NCBI GenBank assembly: GCA_964016885.1
Contig: OZ024743.1
Location: 29,574,001-29,638,000, forward strand
Source: Eledone cirrhosa
Lineage: Eukaryota
Direction of reading: 5' to 3'
DNA length: 64,000 bases
The notes under the pieces are model-generated. The model was not told the origin of the DNA. It saw nothing but the letters and a program-made list of their open reading frames with translations, and ran no database searches. Shown here piece after piece: positions 13,490 to 27,306 of this stretch. Each line of letters begins with the position of its first letter. Within the stretch, counting starts at the first letter, position 1. Position numbers and translations under genes: made by a program.

Positions 13490-14095
13490 AATTAATGTTA
13501 TAATCCAATAGATGTGTATTGATGAAAGCTTAATTCTCAGTTTGTAAGGAAGAACACTCTGAAATACCTATTTTCCAGTTAATAATTAACATACGCCATA
13601 TTGGATCTTTACTTAATATTCATCCAAATTCTCTCAGGTTGTCTAATTGGATTTATTTTTACCGCATCATATTTGGAAATAAACATATTTATTTAGTTTT
13701 AGTTAAGCCGATTCTTTTAATTTCTAATTAACTGCGATAATAAAACTTAACGTTAAATTCAGCAATTCCTTTTGGCTCTTTGCTGATTACTTCTAGATAT
13801 TGCCGTGCTGGCAAACTACCTTGAAGAAGGTAAGTTGTCTATGCACGCCTGTGTCTTTGTTTGTGTGTATGTGTTGGTGTGTGTGTTGGTGTGTGTATTG
13901 GTGTGTGTATTGGTGTGTGTATTGGTGTGTACGTATTTATGAGTTTGCCCATTAACTGAGCGCACGACCAGAAGTTAGACTACTGCTCTTAACACTCACC
14001 TAAGGATTATATTGATTCTACTCTTGTGTCATTGTATAATTATGTTTTAGCTTAGGGGTTTCTCTCTTAATTTAAGTTGCCCATATAATATTCAC
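13490..14095 (+). repeat. Right arm of the inverted duplication (partner 8530-9119)
   Basis: Reverse-complement match to 8530-9119. Confidence 0.9.
13797..13829 (+). other. Candidate 33-nt micro-exon (phase 1-1; DIAVLANYLEE)
   Basis: Pyrimidine tract, ctgat branch-like motif, ttctag acceptor, aag|gtaagt donor. Confidence 0.4.
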
Positions 14096-14177
14096 GTACA
14101 CACACACGCACACACACACATATACACACACACGCACTCCCCATATATATATATATATATTTATATATATACATATT

Positions 14178-14210
<33 letters not shown>

Positions 14211-14213
14211 ATT

Positions 14214-14244
<31 letters not shown>

Positions 14245-14344
14245 ATTTATATATATATGGAAAGTTATATTTAAAATTGTTGGGTTACAATTAGTAAATA
14301 TTTATAACTGATATAAAAGCACTCGACAAATATTTGGAGTATAT

Positions 14345-14598
14345 TTACAATATTAAATAAATGGAAACTATATTTATAAAACCATATTTATTTCATCATA
14401 TATATTTCGGGGATATCATATTAACAATATGCTATGCCTTCCTCAGACAAAATACAATATAAACAGTTTTATAGACAAATAGATTCGACATACCGTAACA
14501 ACACCGACTTGCATTTGAAGAGGTTGGATTGGCACTGCCAATATATAATGAAATAAATATGGTTTTATAAATATAGTTTCCATTTATTTAATATTGTA
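14345..14598. mobile_element. Small fold-back element between (TA)n tracts, with a minus-strand hammerhead at 14389-14454
   Basis: Arms 14345-14404 and 14541-14598; minus strand reads tattttgt-CTGAGGA-stem II-GAAA-tatata-TG-atgaaata (the other arm has TA at the cleavage site). Confidence 0.7.
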
Positions 14599-15273
14599 TT
14601 TATATATATATATATATTTATATATATAAATATATTTATATATATATATAAATCGCAGGAAAGTGTGTGAGTAGGGCAGAAGAGAAGAAAGATTTAGAGC
14701 AAAATTGAAAGAACAAGACTAATACTATACAGATATTAAATATCCATATATATATATATATATTATTGGAGATACACACACATAAGTATAAACACATATA
14801 TAGAGTGTCCGTCCGTCCTTTGCCAGTTTTGCTCGATGAATGGAGGAATTAAATAAATAATCAATTCGTCAGAGCTTTATAAATGTATCAGTGTAAAGTG
14901 TAAGTTAAAAAGTTAAATAATTTTACTTCAGTGTCCCGACTATCTTTTGCCGTGTGGTTTGCAACTCAAAATGTATACACAATACGTATATTTATAACAC
15001 TCTTGATGTGTTTATTTTAAGCAGTGAATAGTTTACAGCTACTTCATTAACCATGTAAGAATGGCAAGTAGTATTTTATGAAATTAATCCACCTTCAGTG
15101 AGGTTTCTTTATAATAAGACACTATATACGCTTTCAAATACTATGAAACACGCTATGTTGGTCCGTCTGCAAATAAATTCTACCCATGAAGTCAGCATTA
15201 TGTGCAAATGAGCCACTCCAAAGCTATTATATGCAAAATTCTATGAAAGCTTTAAAAGTTATCACTAGTTGCT

Positions 15274-15332
<59 letters not shown>

Positions 15333-15456
15333 CACACTTACCTGATAGCAAGCCAATTATGTTGAGAAAGGACGTACGAATTATATAGCAGTAATGTTAA
15401 TTTTGTAAAATAATTTTGCAAATCTCCATTTGCTCGTTTTGATCTTATTTTAGTGT

Positions 15457-15540
<84 letters not shown>

Positions 15541-16052
15541 ACACACCCACACCCACACCCACACGCACAAAACATACACACACACGCACACACACACATA
15601 TATATATATATACAGTATATATATATGTATATATAAGGAGGGATTCAGTTAGTGAATTCGATATTTGGGGTAATAAAATATGGTTATATAAAGAAGTGTG
15701 GAACTAGTAGGAGAAACGGCAGGAGCTCAGCCGTTGGGGTCCCGACTCATACATATAATACATATATATATATATCCAGGAAGTGTAACTTGGAGTTACT
15801 GTTCGTTCACCCGGGTGAGGTCTCGATGATTTCGTTCACTTCAGTGTCGATGTGTAGAGCAAGACAGATTGTATTATAGTGAAATAAAATAACAAAGATA
15901 ATTGGTTACTCTTTCATTACGTTTATTGTTTGGACACGCACGTTTCGGCACTGACCAGCTCAAGGTTCGATCTGAATCGATCTAACCCGATTCTGTAATC
16001 CACGGCTCGTCAAACCCCTTGTAATGGTAATTTCACTATAATACACTATGTT

Positions 16053-16113
<61 letters not shown>

Positions 16114-16263
16114 CTGAGGTCTTTTTTACTTTCACAAAATGAAAAATAACCGAGGTGTCTTACAACTGTGAAAGTATAAAGAAAAAAAGATGAAATCGAA
16201 AATGCAACTGGAGTCTTATTTAAAATAAAAAATGAAAAAAGGTATATATATATATATACACAT

Positions 16264-16317
<54 letters not shown>

Positions 16318-16462
16318 CTTAGGTTAATAGGAGTTAGGTATTGTATACCCGTAGTGTCCCATTAAGGTATTGGCAGCATAATAATTAGCTCTATGTTTTG
16401 GAGCAGAGCCGTATATATGATAAAGAACACAAGAGCGTCTACAACATCAACAGATTTGTATT

Positions 16463-16509
16463 GGCCTACAATGTTTCTTCCTTACGTAACCGTAGGATTG
16501 TTCAGAGCT
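16463..16509 (-). ncRNA. Degenerate hammerhead (core CTGAACA)
   Basis: agct-CTGAACA-atcctacg gtta cgtaaggaa-GAAA-cattg-TA-ggcc. Confidence 0.45.
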
Positions 16510-16535
16510 ATAAAAGGGGTTTGATTGGTGTTATG

Positions 16536-16743
<208 letters not shown>

Positions 16744-16819
16744 TACCCACTCTACTACCTCAAGTATTGAGTACTTTGGTGCGTTATGGTCCACCCGGTT
16801 CCTTACCACATTTCCTTCG

Positions 16820-16851
<32 letters not shown>

Positions 16852-16951
16852 GCCAATTTTGAGAATATGTTCGTTGTTTACCAACACCTCAGTATGCAGA
16901 GTGGAGCACTCGACGAAGTACACAGGTTGGTTTGTTTACTCCGGAGTAATG

Positions 16952-17410
16952 TAAAATAATTAAGTCAAATATGTAAAATTTGGCTTCGTTTATTATAAAT
17001 TATAGATATACTGCTATATAAATTTCGGTGACAGCCATCATTGGCTGTGACCTCTTCAGCCAGTCCGAATTGGTGTGGGAAAGAGAGGTACACATGTTGC
17101 TGAAGTGTGATTACTCCGTCAATACATTGATATATCCAGCTCCTGGTTGTGTTGTTATTCCTCTGAGGAACTGGAACCATATGATTCCAGTTCCTCAGAG
17201 GAATAACAACACAACCAGGAGCTGGACATATCGATGTATTGAAGGAGTAAAACACACTTCAGCAACATGTGTACCTCTCTTTCCCACACCAATTCGGACT
17301 GGCTGAAGTGGCCATTGCCAATGATGGCTCTCACCGAAATATATATAGCACTATATCTATAATTTATAATAAACGAAGCCAAATTTTACATATTTGACTT
17401 AATTATTTTA
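16952..17410. mobile_element. Approx. 460-bp spacerless palindromic element with a hammerhead in each arm
   Basis: Centre catatg at 17178-17183; arms inverted with scattered mismatches. Confidence 0.85.
17010..17064 (-). ncRNA. Type I hammerhead ribozyme (the mirror copy at 17298-17352 is degenerate)
   Basis: actgg-CTGAAGA-ggtcacagcca atga tggctgtcacc-GAAA-tttata-TA-gcagt. Confidence 0.7.
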
Positions 17411-17451
17411 TATATATACGTATTTATATAAATATATATATGTATATATAT

Positions 17452-18240
17452 AATTGAGATGAGTGGAACAAGTAAACATTAAACAATCTTTTTAGTAAAT
17501 TAAAATACGATTTAAATATTCACCTATCCAAAATGTTTTATCGACGGTTTTGCTTCACAAAAGATTGGAAATCCAAAAGATTGGAAATCCAAAGGATTTC
17601 CAATGGAAAAGATCGGTTCCTCAGAAAGCTATTTCCATTCTATAGGACGTAAAGTCTCACTGTTTGTAAATATATGGCCTACTGCCAACTAGCGTAAGGT
17701 CAGGTCGTTAAAATGACCCACACATAAACTGGTCGTTAGTAAAAGCGGGAATATTATAGACGTGTTGTTTGCCGCGCTACCAAAAATAGCAGTTAGGTAC
17801 AACGTTTTTTTCTCTACACACATGAGAGAATATATATAAACTGTGATTAATATCCCCACAGTTACTAAGTACCAACGGAAATATATAGAGTGTCTATAAT
17901 ACATTTGTTGTTCAATGGTATTAATTTGAGATACCAGAACTATAAAATTGAGATGAGCGGAACAAGAAAACATTAAACAATCTGTTAAATAAATTAAATG
18001 AAAATCCTTTGGATTTCCAATCTTTTGTGAGACAAAACCGTCGGTAAAGGCATTTTGGACAGGTGAATATTTAAATCGTATTTTAATTTATTTAAAAGAT
18101 TGTTTAATGTTTACTTGTTCCGCTCATCTCAATTTTATAGTTCTGGTATCGCAAATTAATACCATTGAACAACAAATGTATTATAGACACCCTATATATT
18201 TTCGTGGGTACCTGTGGGGATATTAATCACATTTTATGTA
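17452..18240. mobile_element. Complex fold-back/duplication with a degenerate hammerhead
   Basis: 17452-17610 and 17835-18000 are in one orientation, 18001-18235 is inverted; the composite motif is gcttt-CTGAGGA-long stem II-(A)AAA-ccgtcgg-TA-aaggc. Confidence 0.65.
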
Positions 18241-18260
18241 TGTATATATATATGTATATC

Positions 18261-18344
<84 letters not shown>

Positions 18345-18359
18345 TTCAAAATATTAACA

Positions 18360-18395
<36 letters not shown>

Positions 18396-18608
18396 CATAA
18401 AATGTGATTAATATCCCCACAGGATATATATTAAATATATATATATATTTGGATTTAATGCTCTGAAATACCGATATATATGTGAAGACAAACATAGAAT
18501 ATTCGAAAATATTCTGTATGTTTATAATAAACATTTTGAAGACCTAATCGCTATAGAATAGAATACGTCACGTATTACAATTTGAGATTCTCGATAAAAG
18601 CAAGGGAA

Positions 18609-18651
18609 GTAACCTACGCGTTTCATTCTTATTAGAAATCATCAGGATTAC
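18609..18651 (-). ncRNA. Type I minimal hammerhead ribozyme
   Basis: Reverse complement of gtaatc-CTGATGA-tttct aata agaat-GAAA-cgcg-TA-ggttac. Confidence 0.9.
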
Positions 18652-19096
18652 ATATCCAATGCTTTTATCGAGAACGACACAGCTAGAGACTTATAGGATA
18701 CTTAGCTGTGTACAGGAACTGGTTTGAAAGAGCGGTAGCCGGTCCGGCAGAAATTAGAATTTGGATTTAATGCTCTGAAATAGCGATATATATGTGAAGA
18801 CAAACATAGAATATTCGAAAATATTCTGTATGTTTATAATAAACATTTTGAAGACCTAATCGCTATAGAATAGAATACGTCACGTATTACAATTTGAGAT
18901 TCTCGATAAAAGCAAGGGAAGTAACCTACGCGAATATTCTATGTTTGTCTTCACATATATATCGCTATTTCAGAGCATTAAATCCAAATTCTAATTTCTG
19001 CCGGACCGGCTACCGCTCTTTCAAACCAGTTCCTGTACACAGCTAAGTATTCTATAAGTCTCTAGCTGTGTCGTTCTTGATAAAAGCATTGGATAT

Positions 19097-19139
19097 GTAA
19101 TCCTGATGATTTCTAATAAGAATGAAACGCGTAGGTTAC
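19097..19139 (+). ncRNA. Type I minimal hammerhead ribozyme
   Basis: gtaatc-CTGATGA-tttct aata agaat-GAAA-cgcg-TA-ggttac; predicted cleavage after 19133. Confidence 0.9.
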
Positions 19140-19408
19140 TTCCCTTGCTTTTATCGAGAATCTCAAATTGTAATACGTGACGTATTCTATTCTATAGCGA
19201 TTAGGTCTTCAAAATGTTTATTATAAACATACAGAATATTTTCGAATATTCTATGTTTGTCTTCACATATATATCGCTATTTCAGAGCATTAAATCCAAA
19301 TTCTAATTTCTGCCGGACCGGCTACCGCTCTTTCAAACCAGTTCCTGTACACAGCTAAGTATTCTATAAGTCTCTAGCTGTGTCGTTCTCGATAAAAGCA
19401 TTGGATAT

Positions 19409-19451
19409 GTAATCCTGATGATTTCTAATAAGAATGAAACGCGTAGGTTAC
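19409..19451 (+). ncRNA. Type I minimal hammerhead ribozyme
   Basis: Identical motif 312 nt downstream; predicted cleavage after 19445. Confidence 0.9.
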
Positions 19452-19573
19452 TTCCCTTGCTTTTATCGAGAATCTCAAATTGTAATACGTGACGTATTCT
19501 ATTCTATAGCGATTAGGTCTTCAAAATGTTTATTATAAACATACAGAATATTTTCGAATATTCTATGTTTGTC

Positions 19574-19614
<41 letters not shown>

Positions 19615-19750
19615 ACAGAGATGAGATATCCATGGTAAGTTGTGGGGTCTAGTCTGCATGAAGAACTCAATGTAATCCATATGTTGAAAATGTTGTAGAT
19701 TAAAATAAATCCCGGAAAACAATAAAACATTAAAAGGAAAACAGCGTCAT

Positions 19751-20582
19751 GATATAAGTTAAAACAATGAAATAAACATTCAAGTCATTAGAAATATACT
19801 TCTCTGCTTCACGATCGTTTCTAGGTGATGATAATATATCGTAACCATACTTCGTTATCGATCTATGTAAGGTTAGTTACAAAATTTATCTGAGTTTGAT
19901 TATTTATACATGGACATACTTGAAAGTATTTTAAGACGTATTATACTATGTACAATGTACCATACCGTACTATATTATGTTACATTATATTATATTATTA
20001 TATTATTGTATTACTAAATTTCATTATCTTACTATAATTTTCATCTTTTAATATACTATCTTTCCTGGTAATGACCTTAATTTATATTCACCTAAAAACT
20101 CCATACAACACAACTCAACATTTAATTTTTACATTCCTTTTAAACTTCACTAAACCATATACATTCAACTATCAATATGACAATCCCCTTTTTCTTCCTG
20201 GATTCTTTATAGCAATTCTATTGTTAACACCATTCAACCATTCCTTTCAATGGGTCATGACCTCAACTAAAGTGAGTTATTTTTCATCTTAACATCATAT
20301 TGCAAAAACACAATCTGCTTGGTTTGTTCTTCAGCTACCTCCAAATAAGGTCATAGAACTCAATTTACTACTAATTTTGAATAACATTATCATTGCTTTT
20401 GACAACAGCTGGTGATATACATGAAAGTAAATATTTTCTATATCTGATATTTTTAACTAACCTTACATTGATCGATAACGAAGTATGGTTACGATGTATT
20501 ATCATCACTTAGAAACGATTGTAAAGCAGTGAAGTATATTTCTAATGACTTGAATTTTTATTTCATTGTTTTAACTTATATA
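19751..20582. mobile_element. Fold-back element with approx. 140-bp inverted arms
   Basis: 19751-19890 is the inverse of 20445-20582; arms retain GAAA-cgat(c/t)g-T(A/G), a possible hammerhead 3' half; (TA)n to the right. Confidence 0.7.
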
Positions 20583-20883
20583 TATATATATATATATACC
20601 GGTCACGAAACAGGACACCCTAACGGAAAGGGGTCGAAAAGAACCAAATACTCATTTTGATCGACCGCATAAATTTTTAATTCGGTTGCCTCTGAAACAA
20701 CCTGGACACTCGATTCCGTCAGCAACGTTGGTAAACGTGCATGACGTCTGAATAAGGTGCCCCGTACGTTATGCCGATGCCACTGTTGTTTGTGACAATG
20801 TTTTCGCCATACGTGGGAGGGGGTCACTAAGATGTAACGTCGAGCGAATGGCGTATAGTTTGCTCCCCTTATATCCCCTTCAC

Positions 20884-21063
20884 GGTGGATTAGCAGTACA
20901 GGTAGAGGTTCGGAGGCCATGCTTTGCAGCATAGAGTTATTGCCTTTACATTCTGAGTTCAAATACCGTCGAATTTAGCTTTGCCATTCATCTATACGGC
21001 GGCGGTATAATAAAGTAATGCACTGATATTTTCTGGCCTTGTGCCAAACGTAGAGACAATTAT
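20884..21063 (+). mobile_element. Diverged tRNA-derived SINE
   Basis: ggtggattagcagt...ctgagttcaaatacc...ggccttgtgccaaacgtagagacaatt, homologous to 59431-59620. Confidence 0.8.
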
Positions 21064-21511
21064 TTACAATTATTAAAAGTAAAGATAATTATTTCCCATT
21101 CACCTTTTTAATTTTTCATCCTTTTTTCTATTTTATCTTGCTCTCAATGTTAATATAAATGCCAGCTAATACATATTTATGGCTTAAAGTAAAAAAAAAA
21201 ATAAAGCAAAAAAATCATAAAAGGAAAGTAGGGAACCACACTCATTCACAAACACATACACATACACGCGGGGTTGTTGGTTTCCGTGGTGATGACGGAG
21301 GGTCTAGTTGAAGAAGTAATTGGTGGTAGCGGCATCTCAGTATTTAAGGAAACAGGAAAACCAAAATAATAAATATAAGCTGTACAAAAAATATTGCGTG
21401 TTCTTTTTTTCCTTTCGAATCTACACCTTTATTCTCTGGCTCTCACTCTCTCTTTATATAAGCACACACACACATATATATATATACTTACATACATACA
21501 TACACACACAA

Positions 21512-21558
<47 letters not shown>

Positions 21559-21562
21559 AATA

Positions 21563-21595
<33 letters not shown>

Positions 21596-24386
21596 GCGTG
21601 GGAATTTGCTAGCTGTATCGGACCTCCAGAGACTGAGTAATTTGTTCGGGTTAAGTATGTTCCATCTCCTGAACAGCCACTAAATTACTTATCGATAACT
21701 GTTACGGCTGTCTTAATTACATTTCTGCCTAATAAAAACAATATTTTCTTGTGATACTTTTTTTATTACAGCGAAGTATACCGAGATTCCAATATTCTAC
21801 CTTATTCTTACCCCAACATTTTCTAGCCCAGCCTTCTCATCGTGGCATGTTTTCTGTTGTAGCTTTCTTGTTTCATTCTTGATGTTGTTATTCTTTATTT
21901 TTCTGTTAGTGGATGGTGTGGATATTCAATAATTTGCTGTTTAACGTTATCTATAATCATATTTTCTTATTAGGGAAATAAAGCAATCTCCTCCATAGAG
22001 GCTTGAACTTCTAAAATGTACAGCCAAAGGTTCACACGAACTTTATCAACAGAAATATAATTCCTCACTTGTATATAAATGCATATGGATGTGTTCACAC
22101 ACACAACGCACACACACATACACACCACACATACACACCACCATATATATATATATATATATACAGATACAAACACATACATATAATTGAATTATGGGAG
22201 CATATAAAATTATGTTTATGTATAATATACACACATTAGTCTAGCTATGAATATTCTAAGCTGTGATCAAGCCATATTTTTCTCAGTAGCCGTATGAGAT
22301 TGTCAGTTTCTTGATTTGTATCCGACATCGGTAATATTTACTGACTTGGTACTGAGACATGAATAAGCCTATAGTTTAACATGCAAAGCAGCATATATGA
22401 TAATTACTTAAATTTGTAGTCAATATTTGTGCCTATACAAAAAAGGAAAAGAACGAGAGTATTGGCTAGAATATATTTCGTCACACACACACACATACAC
22501 ACATGCATACACACAATGAATTCTTCAGATAAATCGGTGAGTATTGTTCGTACATAATACAAATCACATTCATAGCACAATGTCATAAATGCTTAAATTG
22601 ACCTTACTACTTCAGTGAAACATATTCTATTGGCCCAAGGAAAGAGTAAATATATAAACGTCTGGTGCATTGATTGAACCTAAAAAAAAACATAACTAAA
22701 AATTCAAGACATTTTTCCCATGCACAATCAATTCTGTCAGTCATCTTTTCAATACGCTTATTTAATATAAACACTTTAATAGAAAAAATATTTCCATAAG
22801 TAATTATTTATTGTTTAAATTTGCCATGAAGGTCTAAAATTTGTTGATAAATCATATCACTCTAATAAAAATATTTATATTTTCCAGTAATAAATCTGGG
22901 TTGACAAATATATTGGAATATTCCACAATCATAATTTCAAGAGTGGTAAAAGTGTTGCTTGTGACAGTTGAACTTTGAATATATGAATATAAAACTAAAT
23001 GCTACAATCATCCATCAAGTCTGGAGCTGTGCAGTTTGAGGAAACTCATCACTGTAACTGAAGTTAATAAAGATAGTGACGGAAAGGAATAAAGTAGCAT
23101 CAGACTCTCGACTCCATGTTCGGTTTTGTTTTGCATGATTCTTGATGTGAAATCGTGTGTTGAAACAGATAGTGTAATATTTCGAGAGTCATGGTGTTAA
23201 AAAGAATATACACAGTATAGGAGAAATGATGAAGCAGTGCAGGCGAGAAAATCTCGTCAGATTTCTACTAACTCGACAAACTAGAACATGGTGGCTCACA
23301 AGAACAAACCATAAAAAGATTAATTATATCTAGACAATAAACAAATGCAATTCTCAGATTAAAGAAGTCATACATACAACATAAGTGAAACCTAACCTAA
23401 TGAATTCAATAACAACAACCCCACAGGAAGAAATACATAATGCATTACAAGTAAGACCATGGGACATACACACAGAAGAAGATTTATAAATATATAATAG
23501 TCTACAAGTCTGTTGTTAAGGAATATCCACATAATCAAAGAACATCTATTTCTTATAATAGTATAATACACGCACACAAACGCAAGCGCAAATAGCGTTT
23601 AAAGAAAAATAGAATAAGAAAAATTAAAGCAACACAACAGGAGGAAACATGGAAACATGAAAATCACTGGTGATGTCACATATATATGTATCGAAAGAAC
23701 TTTGAAGAACTATATTTATATATATATATTTAACTGTTGATAAACTTTGATTACCAATAAATTATTTATAGAAATTAAAAATATACTGAAGCGATAACCA
23801 AACGAAACAAAACAGTGAGTGTGTTTTACAATATTTTTCTGGCAATATTAGGATAACATGATCCGCCGCAAATACATCAATATCTGGTTCAACACACGAT
23901 TTCATTCGGAAACCTTACAAAACAAAAACATCGACATTTCTTTTTGTATAATATTTCAAATAAGATTAAATCATGTTTTACGATCATATAATAAAGATAC
24001 ATTTGACTAATGATTGCGACACTTGACCTTTCCATTCGTCGGTCTTCATTTAACAATTTTATAATATAAATGAAGAAAAAAGTACAGTTAATCATTGATT
24101 TAACTCAGACTGTATTCTATTTAATGTTTGAAATAAAGAAATTTAAAATCCTTTACATGGTCACATGATAAAAATAAAATGGATCTATACATGGTTTAAA
24201 ACCATAACTAGAATAAAAGAAATGCTGCCTTGGGTTATACTCAAATAAACTTAACTAACCAATATTCTTGGAAATTAAAGAATTAGTATTGCAATTGCAT
24301 TGCATGCACACGCACACATGCACACGCACACATGCACACGCACATCAATACACATAAAATTATGCATATCTTTAAGAATATATATG

Positions 24387-24476
<90 letters not shown>

Positions 24477-25656
24477 GAGAGCGAGGGAGAGATAGATAGA
24501 TAGAGAGAAAGAGAGATAGATAGAGATAAATAGAGAGAGAGAGTGAGAGATGTTATATAATATGGAAAAAAATATTTTATCAAGATTATTCACTTGGTAG
24601 AAGCCAATTGTTATTTCTTCTCGATGATGTCTCTATAGGTTTCCATCAATTTTATACTGTTATGATTAAGTGTCTAAATTAAGTATCTCGATATCAATTT
24701 ACCATTGAAATACAAAGCTAAGCAAAAAATATTGTCATTGCTTTGTGGTGTATTCATTGAAAGAAATAATTCTTTGTAGACGTTTCAATGAGTTTTAGGT
24801 TACTTTACATTGTAAATATTTTGCAAACAAGAGTTTTATTTCACAACGCATTTGATAAAAGACTTAGGAAAATTCTCTTGAGTATGGAAAAGATAGAGAT
24901 TCATTTATACAATGTCATTAATTTTGAAAGTTCATGTGTAAACATGATTTTAGGTATCATGTATGGATGATGCACTCTTTAAAAAACACTGAGGCATATT
25001 CCCCCAAGTCTTTCTCTACATTCATCCATTTTATATCTGCTCCTGAGCTGAATATTATTATATATATTTACTGGTGCAGTTTGAACTGCAAACATGAAAA
25101 TACCTGCAATGCCGTCACTTCAACTGCACATTCGCAAGTAAACACTGACGACAATATGTGAAGCATTTTCCCCATGATCCCCAACTGGGACGAGTGATGC
25201 AATCTGGTATTCTTAGAGAAGTTTCTCTAAAATCAAATACTACTATCATAAAAAAGTACGCGTTAGATCAGAGGTTTTCAAAGTCGGTGCTACCACTCCC
25301 GGGTATGTTGAAAATGTCCGGAGGGCGGTAGAGATGATATAATAGTATATCAAATATCAAATGATGTTTATTACATATGACTATAGTAAAAAAGAAAAAA
25401 AGAAAAAAATAATTTATACATAGTATACATTATATTATTTATTATTTATTTTCCTACTATATCAAGCGTAAAAAATATAATATACTTCTTCATTGTATTG
25501 TGTCGCTTGCTTTGCTATTACTGTTTGTCCTTTGCATATATATATATATATACATGTGTGTGTTTGTGTGTAAAAGGTAAACAGAAATAACAACACAATC
25601 GGTACAGTATATGGAAGGGATATATTATGTTAACGTTTGATATAATAGGAAAAGGG

Positions 25657-25692
25657 TCTTAACGTTTCGGACGCTAGTCCTTCATCAGAAGA
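25657..25692 (-). ncRNA. Minimal type I hammerhead ribozyme
   Basis: tctt-CTGATGA-aggac tagc gtcc-GAAA-cg-TT-aaga (aacgtt palindrome at stem III). Confidence 0.8.
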
Positions 25693-27306
25693 AAGAATGA
25701 CAAATAAGATAGATTGAGGGGACGGGTGGATTGGAATTAGAAAAAATGTCTTTAGATTAAAATAACAGGTCTAATCATGTTGACATCTCTTGGAAAACTG
25801 TTGATGCTGGCGTTTTGTGTATGATTTAATATATATATATACAAGTATGTGTGTGTGTGTGTGTGTGTATTTAGTAAAAGATATACTTAAAGGGTGTGTA
25901 CTTCTTCGTGTAGCTGTAACTATAAACCCATGATATCTTAAATTATACGTTAATTATACACCAGTAAGGACAATGTTCAATTACATCATCAAATAGTTGA
26001 TTAAATGAAAGGGTGCCATATAGAAAATGAAACCAAGTTGTATTCATTTCGTGTTTGAACAGCTTAATTATCAGAGTTAAGCTCTTAAGATTACAGTTGG
26101 TTTCTTAAATATAATCCGCACCTCTCATCAAATGTGGCTGGACACATTGGCCTCCCATCTGTTATTATTTATGCCAGATAAAATAAATACAATAGCCTTT
26201 CTGAATGACGCTGACATCTAAATATTTTAATATCAGATATCAAATATATTTCCATACAGAAATATATTCATTCCTGCAGCAGTATTGAAATCAGTTTTTT
26301 TTTCATTGTGACTAGATTTGTTTCTTAAAAAGTTAAAATGTATAGACAAATGCAATAACTCCACAGGAAGTCGTATTACTGAATAAAAAAGATGTTTAAA
26401 TATAACTACATCCATTCCCAATTTTAGCAACCGGACATTTATACTTATGGACTGGCTTCATCAGTAGAGCGTCTGTCAAGCGTTGTTAAGTGTTCAAAAA
26501 CGTCAAGACTAGATTCTTTCTTTCTCCTACGTGGTTCATTAAAATAAAGTACGAGTGACGCACTGGGGTCAATTTCGGCTACTTTCTCATTCCATTCAAA
26601 TTGTTGACTTTCTGCCAAACAACATGAGAACACATTTAGCAGGTAACATAATTTCCTTGTATCCCTTCTAGATATTAAACTAATATTAGTACACATACTA
26701 CTCATGTACACACGCTATGTATGTTATAATACATTGTTTAAAGTGTCATTTCAAATTTGGTATAGTATCTTATGTTTAAATTTATCTCTTTGCAAGTAGT
26801 AGTGTTGGAATTCTTGAATTCTCAGAAAACACATACAACTATAATAAATTTCATAGTGTATTCTCGTAGCTAGTTCGTGATCCAATATATAGTGAAAGAT
26901 GGTTGTAAACAATACATTTGACATATATATTCCTTCCGAAATATAAGAAATCACAGGAGATTTATCCCAGACAAGATAATCCTCTATTTCTAAATACTTC
27001 ATTTTACACGTATTTATGTTTAACTCCAGGTCAGTCCAGAGCGAACAATCTTATAATCAAAAACCTTATAACTATCATCACGTCATATTTCTTTTTATAT
27101 CATTATCCAACTCTTACTAATATATCATTTTTTTGTGTGTGTTTGGTTGTGAATTTGACTGCTACATATTCAGACACCCTCATGAAATCGAAGTCGTGTT
27201 ATTTTGAGATGATTGATAAATCCTATTTACATTATCCAAATAGAGATAAAGGAAAGCCTATCCAATGATGGAAATGGGTTTTAGGACGTAATTGTAAAAG
27301 TACGAT

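Larger units (their letters stand above)
18449..19577. mobile_element. Tandem 312-bp hammerhead-containing repeat with an internal inversion (non-LTR retrozyme-like, or tandem PLE pLTR)
   Basis: About 1.5 units on the minus strand (18449-18932) and about 2 units on the plus strand (18931-19577); period 312; nearly identical copies; (TA)n on both flanks. Confidence 0.85.

Noticed and set aside
15925-16020. Possible minus-strand hammerhead (TTGACGA...GAAA-cgtgcg) in a short inverted repeat
   Set aside because: Core position 3, the cleavage triplet and stem I all deviate, so it is too degenerate to call
18449-19577. CRISPR-like or ordinary satellite interpretation of the tandem array
   Set aside because: There are no unique spacers and the context is eukaryotic; each unit carries a complete hammerhead
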